A stretch of DNA of 64,000 nt from Hemiscyllium ocellatum. Lineage: Eukaryota. This document shows, one piece after another, positions 45,932 through 60,987 of this stretch. Each line of letters starts with the position of its first letter. Positions within the stretch are counted from its first letter, which is position 1. The DNA lies in the NCBI RefSeq assembly GCF_020745735.1, contig NC_083424.1, positions 20,384,999 through 20,448,998 of the forward strand, read 5' to 3'. The translations under genes and the position numbers were made by a program. The notes below the pieces were generated by a model. It saw nothing but the letters and a program-made list of their open reading frames with translations, ran no database searches and was not told where the DNA came from.

Positions 45932-48256
45932 GTGAGTAACAGCAACCCTTCCCCCTTCACTAATTATTGTTTCAGTTCGCTTTCCCCGTTTTTCCTGCTA
46001 ACTCTCCGTCCTTTTGAATCGCAAGAAAAAGCTGACAGGAGGGGTGGGGCAATGAAACTTTTGTTTAACTTTTCAAAGTCACTCGTGTGCTTGCTTTTCC
46101 CACACAATGGGAGGAAAAACAGTTCGATTCTGAATCAGTTTTTTTTCCCCATGAGATTTTAGTTCAATAAACCGCATCTCAGGGCGCATTTAATCTCCGG
46201 TTAATCTCTAAACCACAGAGAGAGTGTTGTTACAGAAGTGTTTCTCTCTTCCCCCCCCCCCCCTCTCTGTCTTGCTGTACCAGAGCTGGGAGCATTGGGC
46301 CTGTGAATAGTGGAAATACAGCGTTCCTGCCATCGCCATCTAACGACCCCCAACTAATTCAGCTCCTAAAGGGATGAGTTTTTGTAACCCCCAGCCTGAA
46401 ACTGGGGAGTCCTGTCCGCGCGTTATGCCCAGGGTTTCCGTACCCCGTCCTGTGTTCCAGTGAACAAACGTTTTGGGAGCTCGGGTAACATTCTAACGGT
46501 TACTTAATTTTGAAGTAAGGAATGTTATTCGCTTTCAAGAGGGGATAGAGAAAGAGAACAAATAAAACAAATCAAAACCTCGCATTTCGAATTCACCTTC
46601 ACTGCCAATAACTGGCTCACCACCCTTACACTTTCCACACGTAAATTCTCCCTGCCTCAGAACTGGCGTTGTTTTTACAAACCGGTGACCGAAGAAACAT
46701 GAAAAACAAGGGTGGGTAATTAGCCAATGCAGAGGCCTGACTTGTACTAGTGTCTGCTTGTTGTGCTTAAGAATTGAGGTTTACTGAAACCATCTGATTC
46801 CCGAGAGGAAATCATACCCCTTAAAGTCCATCTTTGGAAATAAAAGGATGTTAGTTCATGTTTATTTACTTGTGATGGTGGCAGTGGTGAGGGTGTTCAT
46901 CTATGTAGATAACAACTGATGAGATTTTTATTTTAAGGATTAAGATGTTGTAAATTGCTTTGTTTGTGTGGAGGTGCAACTCATTGAAACCTGGAAATTC
47001 TTACAAGGTGGATGTACGTTGGATAATATCTCTCTTAACTAAGTACAGGACAGTCTCAGAATAAGGGCTAAACCTGATTAGGACTGAGATAAGGAGGAAT
47101 TACCTCACTCACAGGGTGGACAATCTTTGGAACACTACCACAGAGGATCGTGGAAGGTCAACCATCGAACAGATTTATAATAGAGATTGATAGATTTCTG
47201 GATACTGTTGATATCAGAGGATAGGAGGATAGTGTGAGAAAGTGGTGTAGTGATGGATGATCAGCCACAGTCTAATTGAATCAGAGAGCAGGATCGAGGG
47301 GCTGAACCATTTACCGCTGCTATGTTCGTGTGACTAGTATGAGCCCTGAGTTATAGAATGCAGGATGAAACCTTCACAATGCTCAGTTCATGACCTGGGC
47401 TATTCTGTGTAATGTAACTTTGACTGTAGGCCATGCAATTGTGAGGGAGATTGGAGTATTATACAGCCCAGGGTGTCTATCCTTAAGATCTCCATCATTG
47501 GTTCAATGCTGGGAATAGGTTAGTGGCTCTCTATGGTCCTTTACATTGAGACTGGATAGGCAGAAAAAGAAGGATTGTTAAACTTGAAGGGGATAAATTA
47601 CCAATAAAAAAAATGACGCAATCACCACGATTACAGGAAATAACTCAACTATCATGTGTTTTACATAAAATCCTCCTCCTGCCCAGATGTTGAGAATCTT
47701 GGAAAAATAAAACAAATCTTTGCATCAGTTGGAATTAGTGTTTAAGCAGATGAGGCGTGTAATCTATTTAAAGGCTGGATTTATATATTATATGTTTTAA
47801 GATAAGTATTGGGTTACAACTTTGATTCTCAATTTCCCCTCACCTCTTTCATAGTATAAAAGCAAAATACTGTTGGTGCTGGAAATCTGAAATAAGAAAC
47901 AAAAATAATTGCAAATGTTCAACCGGTCAGACAGCATCTGTGGAGAGAAACAAAGTAAATGTTTCAGATTGATGACCTTCCATCAGAAACAGTATGTTTG
48001 ATTTCTGCATGCATAAGGGCCCAATGGCCTGCTTTCACTTCGTAGGGATTCAATGGGCTCTGCTGCCATTTGCTGTGGTTGAATTTCAAAGTTGTGTTTT
48101 TGACTGCTCAGAGGTCAGCCAAATTGTTTGACTACACTGATGGATGTAGTTTCATTGTGGACAGAATTTCTTTTAAATCCACTTCAGAATTTGTTTGACA
48201 TTGCTTTTTGGAAAAAAATATTTTGTGTTGGGGCACTGATAAAGTTTTCACAAAAC

Positions 48257-48735
48257 ATAGTCATAGACATGTATAGAGCGGAAACAGACCCTTCTGTCCA
48301 ACCCGTCTATGCTGACCAGATATCCCAACCCAATCTAATCCCACCTGCCAGCACCCGGCCCATATCCCTCCAAACCCTTCCTATTCATATATCTATCCAA
48401 ATGCCTCTTAAATATTGCAATTGTACCAACCTCCACCACTTCCTCTGGCAGCTCATTCCATACACGTACCACCCTCTGCATGAAAAAGTTGCTCCTTAGG
48501 TTTCTTTTATATCTTTCCCCTCTCACCCTAAACCTATGCCCTCTAGTTCTGGACTCTCCCACCCCAAGGAAAAGACTTTGTCTATTTATCCTATCCATGT
48601 CCCTCATGATTTTGTAAACCTTTATAAGGTCACCCCTCAGCCTCTGACGCTCCAGGGAAAACACCCCCAGCCTGTTTAGCCTCTCCCTATAGCTCAAATC
48701 CTCCAACCCTGACAACACCTTTGTAAATCTTTTCT
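48257..48735 (-). mobile_element. CR1/HER1 LINE 3' end
   Basis: [15 protein letters not shown]...GYGPGAGRWD on the minus strand. Confidence 0.9.
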
Positions 48736-51700
48736 GTCTTTTTAACAGTGGTGAAGGAGAAATAATCAGGAAGAAAAGTAAAGTGGTAGAGTTTTTGATT
48801 TTACTGGGATTTATATAGTATCTTATCACATCAAAGTACTTCATAATGAAGTGCTCTTTGAAACCTACTGACTTGTTTTGTGGTAACCAGTGTAGGCATT
48901 CTGCACCCTGTGAACAGCACAAATTTGACTGAAAATACTCAAGAGCTGTATGTGAAAACTGTGCAATCAGACTTTACCACTAATGCCTTTTTTGATGGTC
49001 TATACTTTCTGGAATTCGATTTATTCCATGTGTTTGGAGTTAATTTCACAGTTAACTGAGTGAAGATGCCCTATAGTTTAACTGTTCTGGGTGGTCTACG
49101 ATTGCCTTTCACTTTGCAGCACTTTCTCACGTTTTGATTTGGAACAAAATTGGGAAGCCGGGAGCGAATCATTGATGGGTGGGATTTAGACAAGTGTATA
49201 TTTCCTTTAACACACCACTGTCCTGTCTTGGCAAATGATATGTTAAAGGCTGCCATTTTCTTTGCTGTCTATATGGAAGACACTGCATGCACACTGATTC
49301 AACAAAAAATTGAAAGTTAGGCACTTTTGTGTGAAAGATTAACAATTGAGCAAGAAGGGGATTGCAGATTTCTAATCTTAAAATTCAACGCTCTCTCGTG
49401 AGCTGAACAATTTTCTCACTAATTTTCACTGATGGCACAGAAGTTCTGCTGACAATGTATTGCTGTGGGTTGCTTCGTATCCTTGGGAAGCTTTATATTG
49501 ATCCCTTGCTTGGTGATTGCTTAATTTATAACATTGTTCCACCTCGAGAACCTGTTATTGTTACTGTTTGTGATTGTTATCTTTGGCGCTAGAAGATCTG
49601 TAATTAAGATGAAAACCAGATCTGGCTTCTGTATGATTTTTAAACTCTGGCAATAACACTGGTCCCTTGCATTCAAGAGTTAGCCATGTGTCATTCCCAA
49701 GCAAATCCATTGTTGTACTTTGAGGTTTAGAAATATGTAGTGTTCTTTGGATGTTCTGAGTGCACCCCAATCCATCATCACTCACTTTACTAAAAGAACT
49801 GCAACCCTGGTGGGTCAGACCCATTGTATTTAGTAAGCAGCTACAGTATAAAAACTCACCCAAGCTGTAGAAAATTTGTTAATGTTAAACGGGATTGTCA
49901 CAAGAGTGTATTGACATACCTATTTCCAGTTTGTCTTTCACCAGCTCTTTGTCTATATTCAAAATCAAGGGCAGGTCACAACAACTAGTCCTAGTCCCTT
50001 CCATTTAGTAAAATGTTCCAATGCACTTGACAGAAATCTTATAAAATAATGGTTGACAAAATCCATGAAATGGGAAATAGTAAGTGGTACCAAAAGCTTG
50101 TTCAAAGAGAATAGGTTTTAATGGACAACTTTGAGGAGAGAAACATGGAGCATTACGAAAGGAGTTACAGAACCTTCGGCCTAGGTAGCTGGCAACATGG
50201 CCTCCAATGGTAGAACAATTACAGTTGGGAATGTACAAAAGGTTAGAACTGGGGGAATGCAGATATCTTGGAGGATTGTTGACCTGGAGGAGGTTATTGA
50301 GATGAGGGACTGCGGCTTAGAGAGATTTGAAAACCAGGATATCAACTTTTAAAAGTGAGCTGCCAGAAAGTCCAAAAGCTTATCCAAATGAACCTGCGAA
50401 GTTCTGCTCTTTGCTACTCAGTATAACCACCGTCTTTATATCAGTACCACTGAAATTTGGAGCTCCGACTGCAGAATATCAGACCCCCTTGCAGCCAGAT
50501 GCAGAAGCTATGGTCACAATTGTCATGAATCTTTTTCAATGAGCCATTTCTGTATTATCTGTGCTGTACCCTTATGTTCAACTTAGAATGCAGGCAATCT
50601 GAACAAGAGTGCTCTGAAGGTGTGATTGCAGCTGTGATGTGAAATTTGACATAGATGCATAGAACATTGTAGTTCCAGTCCATTGTTATTTTTAAACTAA
50701 TAATTGGTGAAGTTACTTTCTTACAGACCATATATGTTGCTTGAAGACTTGCTTTTCCCTACTGCATCTTGATGATTAGGACGCTAATATTTGCATTTCA
50801 TTCTGAAGATCTATAATGTTACAACCTGGTGTGAGGTTAGTTGACAGATCAATTCATTCAGCTAATGACTCTGATTACATATCATCTTTAGTGTTGCTGC
50901 AGTGCTCAAGGTGCTGTTTGCCTCTGCACCTTTAAACATTTGTGTTGTGAGAAATGAAATTAACAAGGGTCAGTGATGGAGTGATTGTTTTAAATTGTGT
51001 CGATGTTAGTTTTCTTCCAGACCACATCCTAAACGACAAGCAATTAAAGTAGCACAACCTTGCAAATGGTCAGCAAATCAGAGCAAGTGGGAAAGTATTG
51101 AAATAATCTAGATTTGAGTGAAAAGGAGTGTGATGTGATCCTATGTGACAGGTTTATTACAGGGAAAAAGAGATGGAAAGAATCCAAGAGGAGCAGGAAT
51201 GGGGGGAGGTGAGGACCAGGAGTTGGGGGAGGTGAAAGAGACAAAGAGAGAAAAGGAGTGACATAGGTAGAGACTGGAAATGCCCCCCCCCCCCTCCCCC
51301 ACCACCCCCCAAACACCCCACCTTCCCAAAAGTAGATATTCAGATTTTATCAGAAAGTAGCAAATGACTCTTGGAGCCTTGAAAGCGTTTGTGTTTCCAT
51401 GGTAATTAAGTGAAAGGACATCCTGTGGTGCTGTGCTAATTGACGAATATATTTTATTAAACTAATTGAGAAAATAAATGCTGGAATTGCGGTTACTAAA
51501 GGATAGTATTCAGTTCTGCTAATGTCATTTTGACTAATTAATCAGAATTTATTCCATGCTTAATGTGACAGGAAAATGGCAGTGAAACCCTGGTTGCAAA
51601 GTTCCAGAGACCTCAAGATTTCTTTGCTTCCTTAAATGCAAACCGGTTGTTTAATTTCTGTTCTTTTTCTATTTCTTTGGTGATTACACCCTTTGTTCTC

Positions 51701-53554
51701 CAGTTTTGTTCTTCATGAGTAAAGTTGCACTTATGCATGTGTTGACTGAACAATGTATGTTTTCTAAGTGCTTATCCCCAATGTTATAAATTTGAATGCT
51801 TTCAGGCAAAGTCCATCTCTTGTGGAGTTTGAGATGAAGTTCTTTGAACCATGTTTGAACTCGGTCACAGGATTCATTCCTTTTAAAGCAGAGAATTGCA
51901 TCCTCTGATATTTACCATGTTTGAGGTCTTTGCATGTCTGGGAGACAAATTGTAGCTGACAGCCTCCAACCATTGTAATTCGCAATGCCACTGAGTCTGA
52001 CATGGTTAACTACAGCTAGATAAGTTTTAATTTAAGAGGTTCCAGTGTATGTTTATACCGAGGTTTGGTTTTCCATGTGACTGCAGTTCTCTGTTAAAGG
52101 GATATACCTGCTATCTCTGCAAACATTCTGATTTTATGAGCTCAATGACCTTGACGAATACATGAAAGGCCACTGCTATGGCTCACGATGCTGCTGTTGT
52201 TCAGGCTTAGTGATGAGTCAAGGGCATGACATTGATGCCTTCTTTCACGAGCTAACTACCACATTGATATTCATTGTGCTGGATATTTCAGATGCCAACA
52301 TCTTACATGTGAGTATTGCTGAGTTCTTATTGCAGACTCTTGATGACCACAAGCTGTCTGTCCCTTGAAGGTTAGAAAGCAGCTGGTATTTGTTAGTGGA
52401 CTTGTGCCTGGCTGAGGATCAGTGGGATATCAGAAATCAATTCAATAATTTGTAATATAAATAATCAGAAGCAGTGGAATTTGATTATATTTTGTAGATG
52501 AGTTGATTTTGAGCTCTGGAACTCCAAAATATTGTAACTGACTGGAATAAGAGCAGAAGAAATTTAGCATGGGCAAATGTAAAACATTGTCTGTGATTGC
52601 ACACCAATCTGGGAAATAGAGGAAGCTAAACAATGGCTTCAAAAAGCTGACATATTCCCCTCCCAAAAGAAGACTTGACAATTCATGTTAGGCATTGATT
52701 TGAAATATAAACTGGAGTATATCCAAAATTTCTTCAAAGATACGTCAATGCACGAAAAAAAACATATGGAGAGGAGATGTTGGAAGGTGATAAAGATTAA
52801 ATGGTTAAAAGCTCAAAGTTTATTTTTTGGCGGGAAGATGACTTGCAAGGGTCCACAACTTGAGTGGGGAGGGAGCTGGTCATGTGTTACCTTTGTTACG
52901 ACCAAGTGAGGAGGGAAAATTGATGTCCCTTGTTTTAACCTGTTCTTGGTCAGTCACATCATGTATTTTTATTTCTGTTAACATGCAGCCACGTCATACA
53001 TCAAGTAAAGACAATTATCTAAATCAAAAGCTCTGGGTTGGTTACCAAGGTTTACTTGGGTGATAGAGAAATTATTTATTAACTCCACAAAAAGTAATAA
53101 AAATGTGATATCAAACACCGCATGGTAATAAGGTGAATGTTTGTTATACATTGGAAGAATAAAGGCCATGTGATGTAAGTCCTCAGAGCCCTTGAGGTGT
53201 TAGATTTTTAACCTGAGTCCATAGTTATTAATTTTTGACTTATATCTTCAGCTTAGCAGACTCTGTTGGTATCTTGTGTTCTCAGTGAATGGTTGTTTTC
53301 CCAATTTGCTTTTTCACTGAGTGCTGTGTTCTGAAATATGAAGAGAAACAAGTGAGAGAGTTCCAGCTGTTGTCACAAATTCGCTGTTCCTTCTCGTTGC
53401 TCAGCTGCTCAAAAGCAACTGTTGAAATATATTTCAGTATGTCTTCCAGAGTCTAGTTCCATTGTTTCCAAGCTGGCTAATTGGCAGGCAAGCTTTTCAT
53501 CTCCCAATATGTGAAATTATCCTCTATATATAAATTAAACAGGACATGCCCCTG

Positions 53555-55632
53555 TCATAGAGTCATAGACATGTTCAGCATGGAAACAGACCCTTCGGTC
53601 CAACCCGTCCAAACCCAATCCAGTCCCACCTGCCAGCACCCGGCTCATATCCCTCCAAACCCTTCCTATTCATATACCCATCCAAATGCCTCTTAAATGT
53701 TGCAATTGTAACAGCCTCCACCACTTCCTCTGGCAGCTCATTCCACACACGCACCACCCTCTGCATGAAAAAGTTGCCCCTTAGAACTCTTTTATATCTT
53801 TCCCCTCTCACCCTAAATCTATGCCCTCTAGTTCTGGACTCCCTGACCCCAGGGAAAAAAAGTTGCCTATTTACCCTATCCATGCCCTCATAATTTTGTA
53901 AACCTCTATAAGGTCACCCCTCCGATGTTCCAGGGAAAACAGCCCCAGCCTGTTTAGCCTCTCCCTATAGCTCAAATCCTCCAACCCTGGCAACATTCTT
54001 GTAAATCTTTTCTGAACCCTTTCAAATTTCACAACATCTTTCCGATAGGAAGGAGACCAGAATTGCATGCAATATTCCAACAGTGGCCTAACCAATGTCC
54101 TGTACAGTCGCAACATGACGTCCCAACTCCTATACTTGATACTTTGACCAATATAGGAAAGCATACCGAATGCCTTCTTCACTATCTTATCTACCTGCGA
54201 CTCCACTTTCAAGGAGCTAGGAACCTGCACTCCAAGATCTCTTTGTTCAGCAACACTCCTTAGGACCTTACCATTAAGTGTACAAGTCCTGCTAAGATTT
54301 GCTTTCCCAAAATGCAGCACCTAGCATTTATCTGAATTAAACTCCATCTGCCACTTCTCAGCCCATTAGCCCATCTGGTCCAGATTCTGTTGTAATCTGA
54401 GGTAACCCTCTTCGCTGTCCATTACACCTCCAATTTTGGTGTCATCTGCAAACTTACCAACTGTACGTCTTATGCTCGCATCCAAATCATTTATGTAAAT
54501 GACAAAAGTTGAGGACCCAGCACCGATCCTTGTGGCACTCCACTGGTCACAGGTCTCCAGTCTGAAAAACAACCCTCTATCACCATCCTCTGTCTTCTAC
54601 CTTTGAGCCAGTTCTGTTTCCAAATGGCTAGTTTTCACTGTATTCCATGAGATCTAACCTTGCTAATCAGTCTCCCATGGGAAACCTTGTCGAACGCCTT
54701 ACTGAAGTCCATATAGATCATATCTACTGCTCTGCCCTCATCAATCCTCTTTGTTACTTCTTCAAAAAACTCAATCAAGTTTGTGAGACATGACTTCCCA
54801 CGCACAAAGCCATGTTGACTATCTGTAATCAATTCTTGCCTTTCCAAATACATGTACATCCTGTACCTCAGGATTCCCTCCAACAACTTGCCCACTGAGG
54901 TCAGGCTCACCGGTCTGTAGTTCCCTGGCTTATCTTTACCACCCTTCTTAAACAGTGGCACCACATTTGCCAACCTCCAGTCTTCCGGCACCTCACCTGT
55001 GACTATTGATGATACAAATATCTCAGCAAGAGGCCCAGCAGTCACTTCTCTAGCTTCCCACAGAGTTCTCGGGTACACCTGATCCAGTCCTGCGGATTTA
55101 TCCACCTTTACCTGTTTCAAGACATCCAGCACTTCCTCCTCTGTAATCTGGACATTTTGCAAGATGTCACCATCTATTTCCCTACAGTCTATATCTTCAA
55201 TATCCTTTTCCACAGTAATTACTGATGCAAAATATTTATTTAGTGTCTCCCCCATTTTCTGTGGCTCCACACAAAGGCTGCCTTGCTGATCTTTGAGGGG
55301 CCCCTATTCTCTCCCTAGTTACCCTTTTGTCCTTTAATATATTTGTAAAAACCCTTTGGATTCTCCTTAATTCTATTTGCCAAAGCTATCTCATGTCCCC
55401 TTTTTGCCCTCCTGATTTCCCTCTTATGTATACTCCTACTTCCTTTATACTCATCTAAGGATTCACTCAATCTATCCTGTCTATACCTGACATATGCTTC
55501 CTTCTTTTTCTTAACCAAACCCTCAATTTCTTTAGTTATCCAGCATTCCCTATACCTACCAGCCTTTCCTTTTACCCTGACAGGAATATACTTTCACTGG
55601 ATTCTTGTTATCTCATTTCTGAAGGCTTCCCT
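53555..55632 (-). mobile_element. CR1/HER1 LINE, about 2.1 kb, frameshifted ORF2
   Basis: [32 protein letters not shown] and KFADDTK peptides. Confidence 0.93.
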
Positions 55633-56404
55633 GAATTGTCTGGTTTTCATATAGACAGTTTTGTCAATTCAACATGGATCTCATGAAGCTTCTCTCTATT
55701 TGTGGTCAGGTGATGGTTACATTAATTATAGATCCATGTTTCTTCCTTTTCAGAAAAAGCATTTTTGCCCATGAAAGATCTTGTCAACAAACACCATAAT
55801 CTAGAAATCAATATTCTACATTAACTTTTCCTGTGTTGTAACAGCATGCAAAATGTTGCTTTTACATTAGTAATAGATTACTGCAAATAATCTAAACCTT
55901 TTCTTCAATTTGAAGATATTTTAATATTTAAACATATATTAACAATTTGCAAAAATGTTAAATTTCAATAAAAATATCTACAAAAAAAAACATATATTAA
56001 CAAGAGCCATTTAGAATTAGTGATCAGCTAAACCCTGACAATTATTTCTTAAACTAATGAGCAGTCAATCTTTCCTGAAACCACATTCCATTTGTAGAAA
56101 CACTTTAACCCCCTAACTTGTCAATTGAAGAGGCATTTTGTCTTTTTCCAGTTCTTTCTGTTTATCTGCTTTCTCTTCCCTACTTCAAGTTACTTAAACC
56201 CGCATTCTGTTTAAATCTATGTTGCATTCTTCTTTCTCAGTCAGTAAAGTCCCTTTTCTCCCTTACCCATTCCTCAGCAAATGCTGACATTTCTGCTTCA
56301 CCACCCCCACCCAAACGCTTTGTTTCAATTCATACTTGACTCTCTCTTGCTGCTTTTACTTTCTTCATATATCCAATCTTTGATGAAACCCCACTCTGGT
56401 TAAT

Positions 56405-56531
56405 GGATCAGTGGTGCTGGAAGAGCACAGCAGTTCAGGCAGTATCCAACGAGCAGCTGCCTGAACTGCTGTGCTCTTCCAGCACCACTGATCCAGAATC
56501 TGGTTTCCAACATCTGCAGTCATTGTTTTTA
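56405..56531. mobile_element. Family A fold-back element (same subfamily as 16213) with 15-bp TSD
   Basis: CCCACTCTGGTTAAT at 56390-56404 and 56532-56546. Confidence 0.85.
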
Positions 56532-56708
56532 CCCACTCTGGTTAATACTGGCTTTCGTCTCTTGACCTGCCATCCCTATGATGCTCCAAGGCTTTCATCT
56601 TAAGCCCTCTCTGGAATTTCCATTTCAGCCGTTTTGCTTCATGAAGTGTTTGAAGATAGCTTCAGAATAAGTGCTTTCATTTTCTAAGAACTCCTAATAG
56701 TGTCAAAT

Positions 56709-56919
56709 CTGAAAATGTGTTGCTGGTTAAAGCGCAGCAGGTCAGGCAGCATCCAAGGAACAGGAAATTCGATGTTTTGGGCATAAGCTCTTCATCAGGA
56801 GGGCTTTTATGCCCGAAACGTCAAATTTCCTGTTCCTTGGATGCTGCCTGACCTGCTGCGCTTTAACCAGCAACACATTTTCAGCTCTGAGTTCCAGCAT
56901 CTGCAGACCTCACTTTTTA
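56709..56919. mobile_element. Family A fold-back element with 15-bp TSD
   Basis: CTAATAGTGTCAAAT at 56694-56708 and 56920-56934; close relative of 6548-6754. Confidence 0.85.
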
Positions 56920-57057
56920 CTAATAGTGTCAAATGACTACATTCAATCACTTTGTCTTACCACAGAACAGAATTGGGAGCTGAACATTAATGATGAGTTA
57001 GAGGTGACCTGATTTTATGCCAGTTTAGTCTGAGAATGAGGACATGGTGGGTTTCAA

Positions 57058-57189
57058 CATTCCTGATGAAGGGCTTATACCAGAAATGTTGACTCTTCTG
57101 CTCCTCAGATGCTGCCTGACCTGCTTTGCTTTTCCAGTGCCACACTTTTCGACTCTGACTCTCCAGCATCTGCAGTCCTCCCCTTCTCC
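57058..57189 (+). mobile_element. Family A single-arm element
   Basis: CTGATGA-agggcttatacca-GAAA-tGTT then family tail; flanking tgggtttc repeat. Confidence 0.75.
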
Positions 57190-60100
57190 TGGGTTTCGAG
57201 AGTGTTGACTGCATCAAACATGGACAGTTGACAAGGGTTGCACACTGGGAAAAAAAATCAATCCTGTCTGCTCACGAGAACTGACATGGGAAAAGTTTTA
57301 GGCGAACATTCAAAGATCACTGGGTCACTGCAGACGCTATGTCTAACATGTCCAACCTCTACAGAGCAGCAATTGAGCAAGTAAGAGCTATAGAATGTGG
57401 AATGTCCAAAGAGTATGTGTTAGAGTTATAAAAGACTGTGGTTAGACCAAATCATTAATCTGTTTGCAGGCCTGGTCATTGAGACACCAGAGTGAGTTCA
57501 GTGAAGAGTGTAGAAGTTAATTCCTAGTATTCAGGAATAGTTGGGAATGTGGAGTTCGAAACACAAATAGACCAGCCCATAATCTTATTGAATGGCACAG
57601 CAAGCTTGATGGACTGAATGTATTACTCTGCTCCTGGTTTGTATATTCATTTATTGGGATGTCTGAGGAATGGAAATTGTTCTTTTCAGATTTGAAATGA
57701 GGTAGCTCAAGATTTCCAAGATGCATAAAATAGTAACTGGTATATGAAAGATATAAGGTGAAAATCACATCTAATTGGATTGTAATAGATGGATAAGGGG
57801 TATGGGTTCGTACTACTTAACAGTAAATTTAGGACTTTTCTTTATAAAGAAGCCCATTCAATCTTTGACAGAGTAAATTGAAACAGGGACTGGAGTCATT
57901 ATAAACAATGAGCTGCTGCAGTGGGGTCTTTTCAGTTTAATGGAGTGAATTAATTCAGCTCTTATGTTGATTGTGTGAAGTGGTGGAATCAAATAACTTG
58001 CTTTTTTTTCTCAAATTTCTGTTACATTTTAACTTTTCCAGTTTTAAATTGTTCTCCTATAATTCTCTTCCGTATGTGAATGTAAAGTGTTTCATGATTT
58101 TGAAACCATATTTCAGACGTTCAGCCACTGCTCTCTTTTACTTGGTTTGGCAAATGTCAGAAATCGTAATTTGGGTGAGGAGCCAAGATGCATTGTGCAG
58201 CTGGAAGACCACCAAGGTTGGGGAAAAAAACACTAGGCAAAGTAGTGATGGTTTCAAAAATCTATAGATTCTCCATTGAACCAAAGGAAAGCGATGGTCT
58301 TGGAAAACCATAGACTTGAGTCAGAAGGTCATGTCTACGCCAACCAATAAATAGCAAACTTTACTAATTCCATTTACCCACACTTGATCCATAGCCTACT
58401 ATGTCCTGGCATTTTAAGTGCTCATCATGATGCTTCTCGAAAGTTGCGAGAGTATTTGCTTCCACCATCCTTTCAGGCAGCATGTTCCCTATATCTACCA
58501 CCCGCTGCACGGAAAATGGTTTCCTCTAAACTATTCACTCCTCACCTTTTTAAAGCAGAACACTTAAGAGTTAAATGTTGATTTCAACACATTGAGAAAC
58601 AGGAACTTGTAGCATACTGTATTGAAGTATGGAAGGAACAAAAGGGGAGAGATCAGAGCACCAGTGACCATACAGTTCACTGTTGGTTGCTTTGAGCTCC
58701 CTGGCCTGTGCATGGACCTCAATCCATTATAAACAGCTGCCTGATTTATCCCAAGAGTACAGTCATTGCTTGAAGTATTCTATCAGAAAATGAGGCTATA
58801 GGGAAAATAATTAAAATCTGCTGTTGCTACCAGATCCATTTGATAAGTTGTGCCTTTCAAGATACTACTAGTAAAAATGTAAACGAGACTGGCAGGATAA
58901 AACAGCTGAAATCGCAGCTTGTTCAGTGCAGATACAGCTGATATCCAGTTGTGCCAAGCACTCCACTTACGAATACAATACCCTCACTCATCTAAATCTG
59001 GTAAATCCTTGAACTCAGAATAAGTCAGTTGCTTGCACTGAATGCTAATTGTCTTATTAAGGCATCAGCTAGTGTGCTTTCTTTCTTTTTTTTATCTCTT
59101 TCTCTCTCTCTATCAGCATTGATTGGGGATCCTTGTTCATTTTCAAATACATCCCCAACTTCACAGCATTTGGAGTGAGTGGTTCCTGCTGGTTGTCATT
59201 TTTTCTTTTCTCTCACGATTCTTTTTATCAATATTGGGGATTTTTCTGTCTCCTGTTCTTCATTCTTTTTTATAAATGTTGCTGTTTGCTGCACTCTAAC
59301 CTTTACTTCAGAAACCTTTTTAAAAAAAAAATAACTGTTTTTAGCATGCTTTCAGTATTTCTAGTCCACCTACCCTCCTTATGTTTCTAATTCTTGATTG
59401 AAACTCCTTTTAGTAAGTGATTTGGAACATTCTACTAAGAGAATGAATGCTCAGTGTGTACATATTACTATTGGACTCAGTAGGTTTAGTTTGGGATTCT
59501 GTATTTGCCCAGTGCAAACACTTGTTTACCAGAGCCACACCAGATATAAAAGAAGTATCACAAACTATTTACTGTACAGCAACAGACCATTCGGCCCAAC
59601 AAATCCATACTCCACATGAGACTCGGCCATCGTTCTTCATCTAACCCTATAAATATATTCTTTGATTTCTTTTTCCCTCAGTTATTTATATATGTTCCCC
59701 TAAGTACATTTGTGCTACTGTAGTATTGATAAGAGAGAGAGAAAGATAGAGGCAACATTCTGTAATTTGGTGGAAAGGATTATTTGCCAGTTGGTGAGAT
59801 TTTTACTATTGCCCGACTGGGAGTGCAGTAAAAGTGATCGATGAATTACCCAAATCAGGGAATATTCACATCTGTGTGACTGTCAGCTTTAGACAGAGTT
59901 CATAGTTGTCAGGTGCAACAGTGAGCTCAGCATGAAAGAAAAGCTCAATCTCTTGACAGCAATTTTAGCACAGGAGGATTTGTGAGAGTAAAATACAAAA
60001 CATTTTTGGAGGAAGAAGGACTGAAGGTGGAACTGTTTTAAATCATCTTTCATGAGTAAGATCAGTAATTCCATTGGTTTAGTTTGGTGGTTTTGTCTGA

Positions 60101-60987
60101 CAGTAGTATTACCTGTTCACCTCAGAAAGCGACACACAGAACAGACTCTGTGCTGCAAACTTCTTTTTCTAATGACTGTTTAAGTTAAATACTGTGCAAC
60201 AGCAGTGATGTGAGCAAGCAACCAATCACATTGAGGTATTCCCATAGATGGCAAATCAGTAAGTGAAAATCTCTATCCACAAGTTTAAATTCCATTTTTC
60301 AGATAGAAATATAAATGATTAAAATTAGAATCTAAAATATCAATGTAAAACACATTTTAAATGCAATTTTTTCGTAGTGGATAAATTTGGAATTCCGTGA
60401 ATATGAAATTAGCTTTTTGGGGACAGTGAGGGTGTTTAGAAGTGGCTACAAAGTTAGTATGCTTGCGACTACATACCAGATATGTTCTCCGTGGTCTTTG
60501 AACTAAGAATGCCAGTTTGTATGTAAGCAGCAATTTACTATTACTAGTACAACTGAAAATTACATAAGAAATGAAAAAGTTATTAACTAAGATATGGGTA
60601 CAAAGGTTTAATGTAAGTCAGGTTAAGAGTTATTTAAGAAAATGAGGTCCATCTACTATCATTGCAGGACTGGCTTGCTTTAAAGTTCACTTTCTGAAAT
60701 GAAGATTTTGCAGGATGATGTCATATTCAGCTACTGTGATGGCTTCTATAGTCAAATAGTTTGAGGTTACTTCCTCAGGTGGACGGAGCATAACAGTCCT
60801 TGGGAATGAGTGAAGAGTGTTCGGTTTTGCTTTCATGGTACTGACTCTTGGTAGCCTGGCTCAGTGTAATGATCCTGTGTGTCTCTACCTGTTGAGAAGT
60901 GTTTGCTTATTTCAAGATGTCTCTCTGATGATTTTCAGATGATTCTACTCAAATCAAATCACAACTAAACAAAATGGCTAAGAATGT

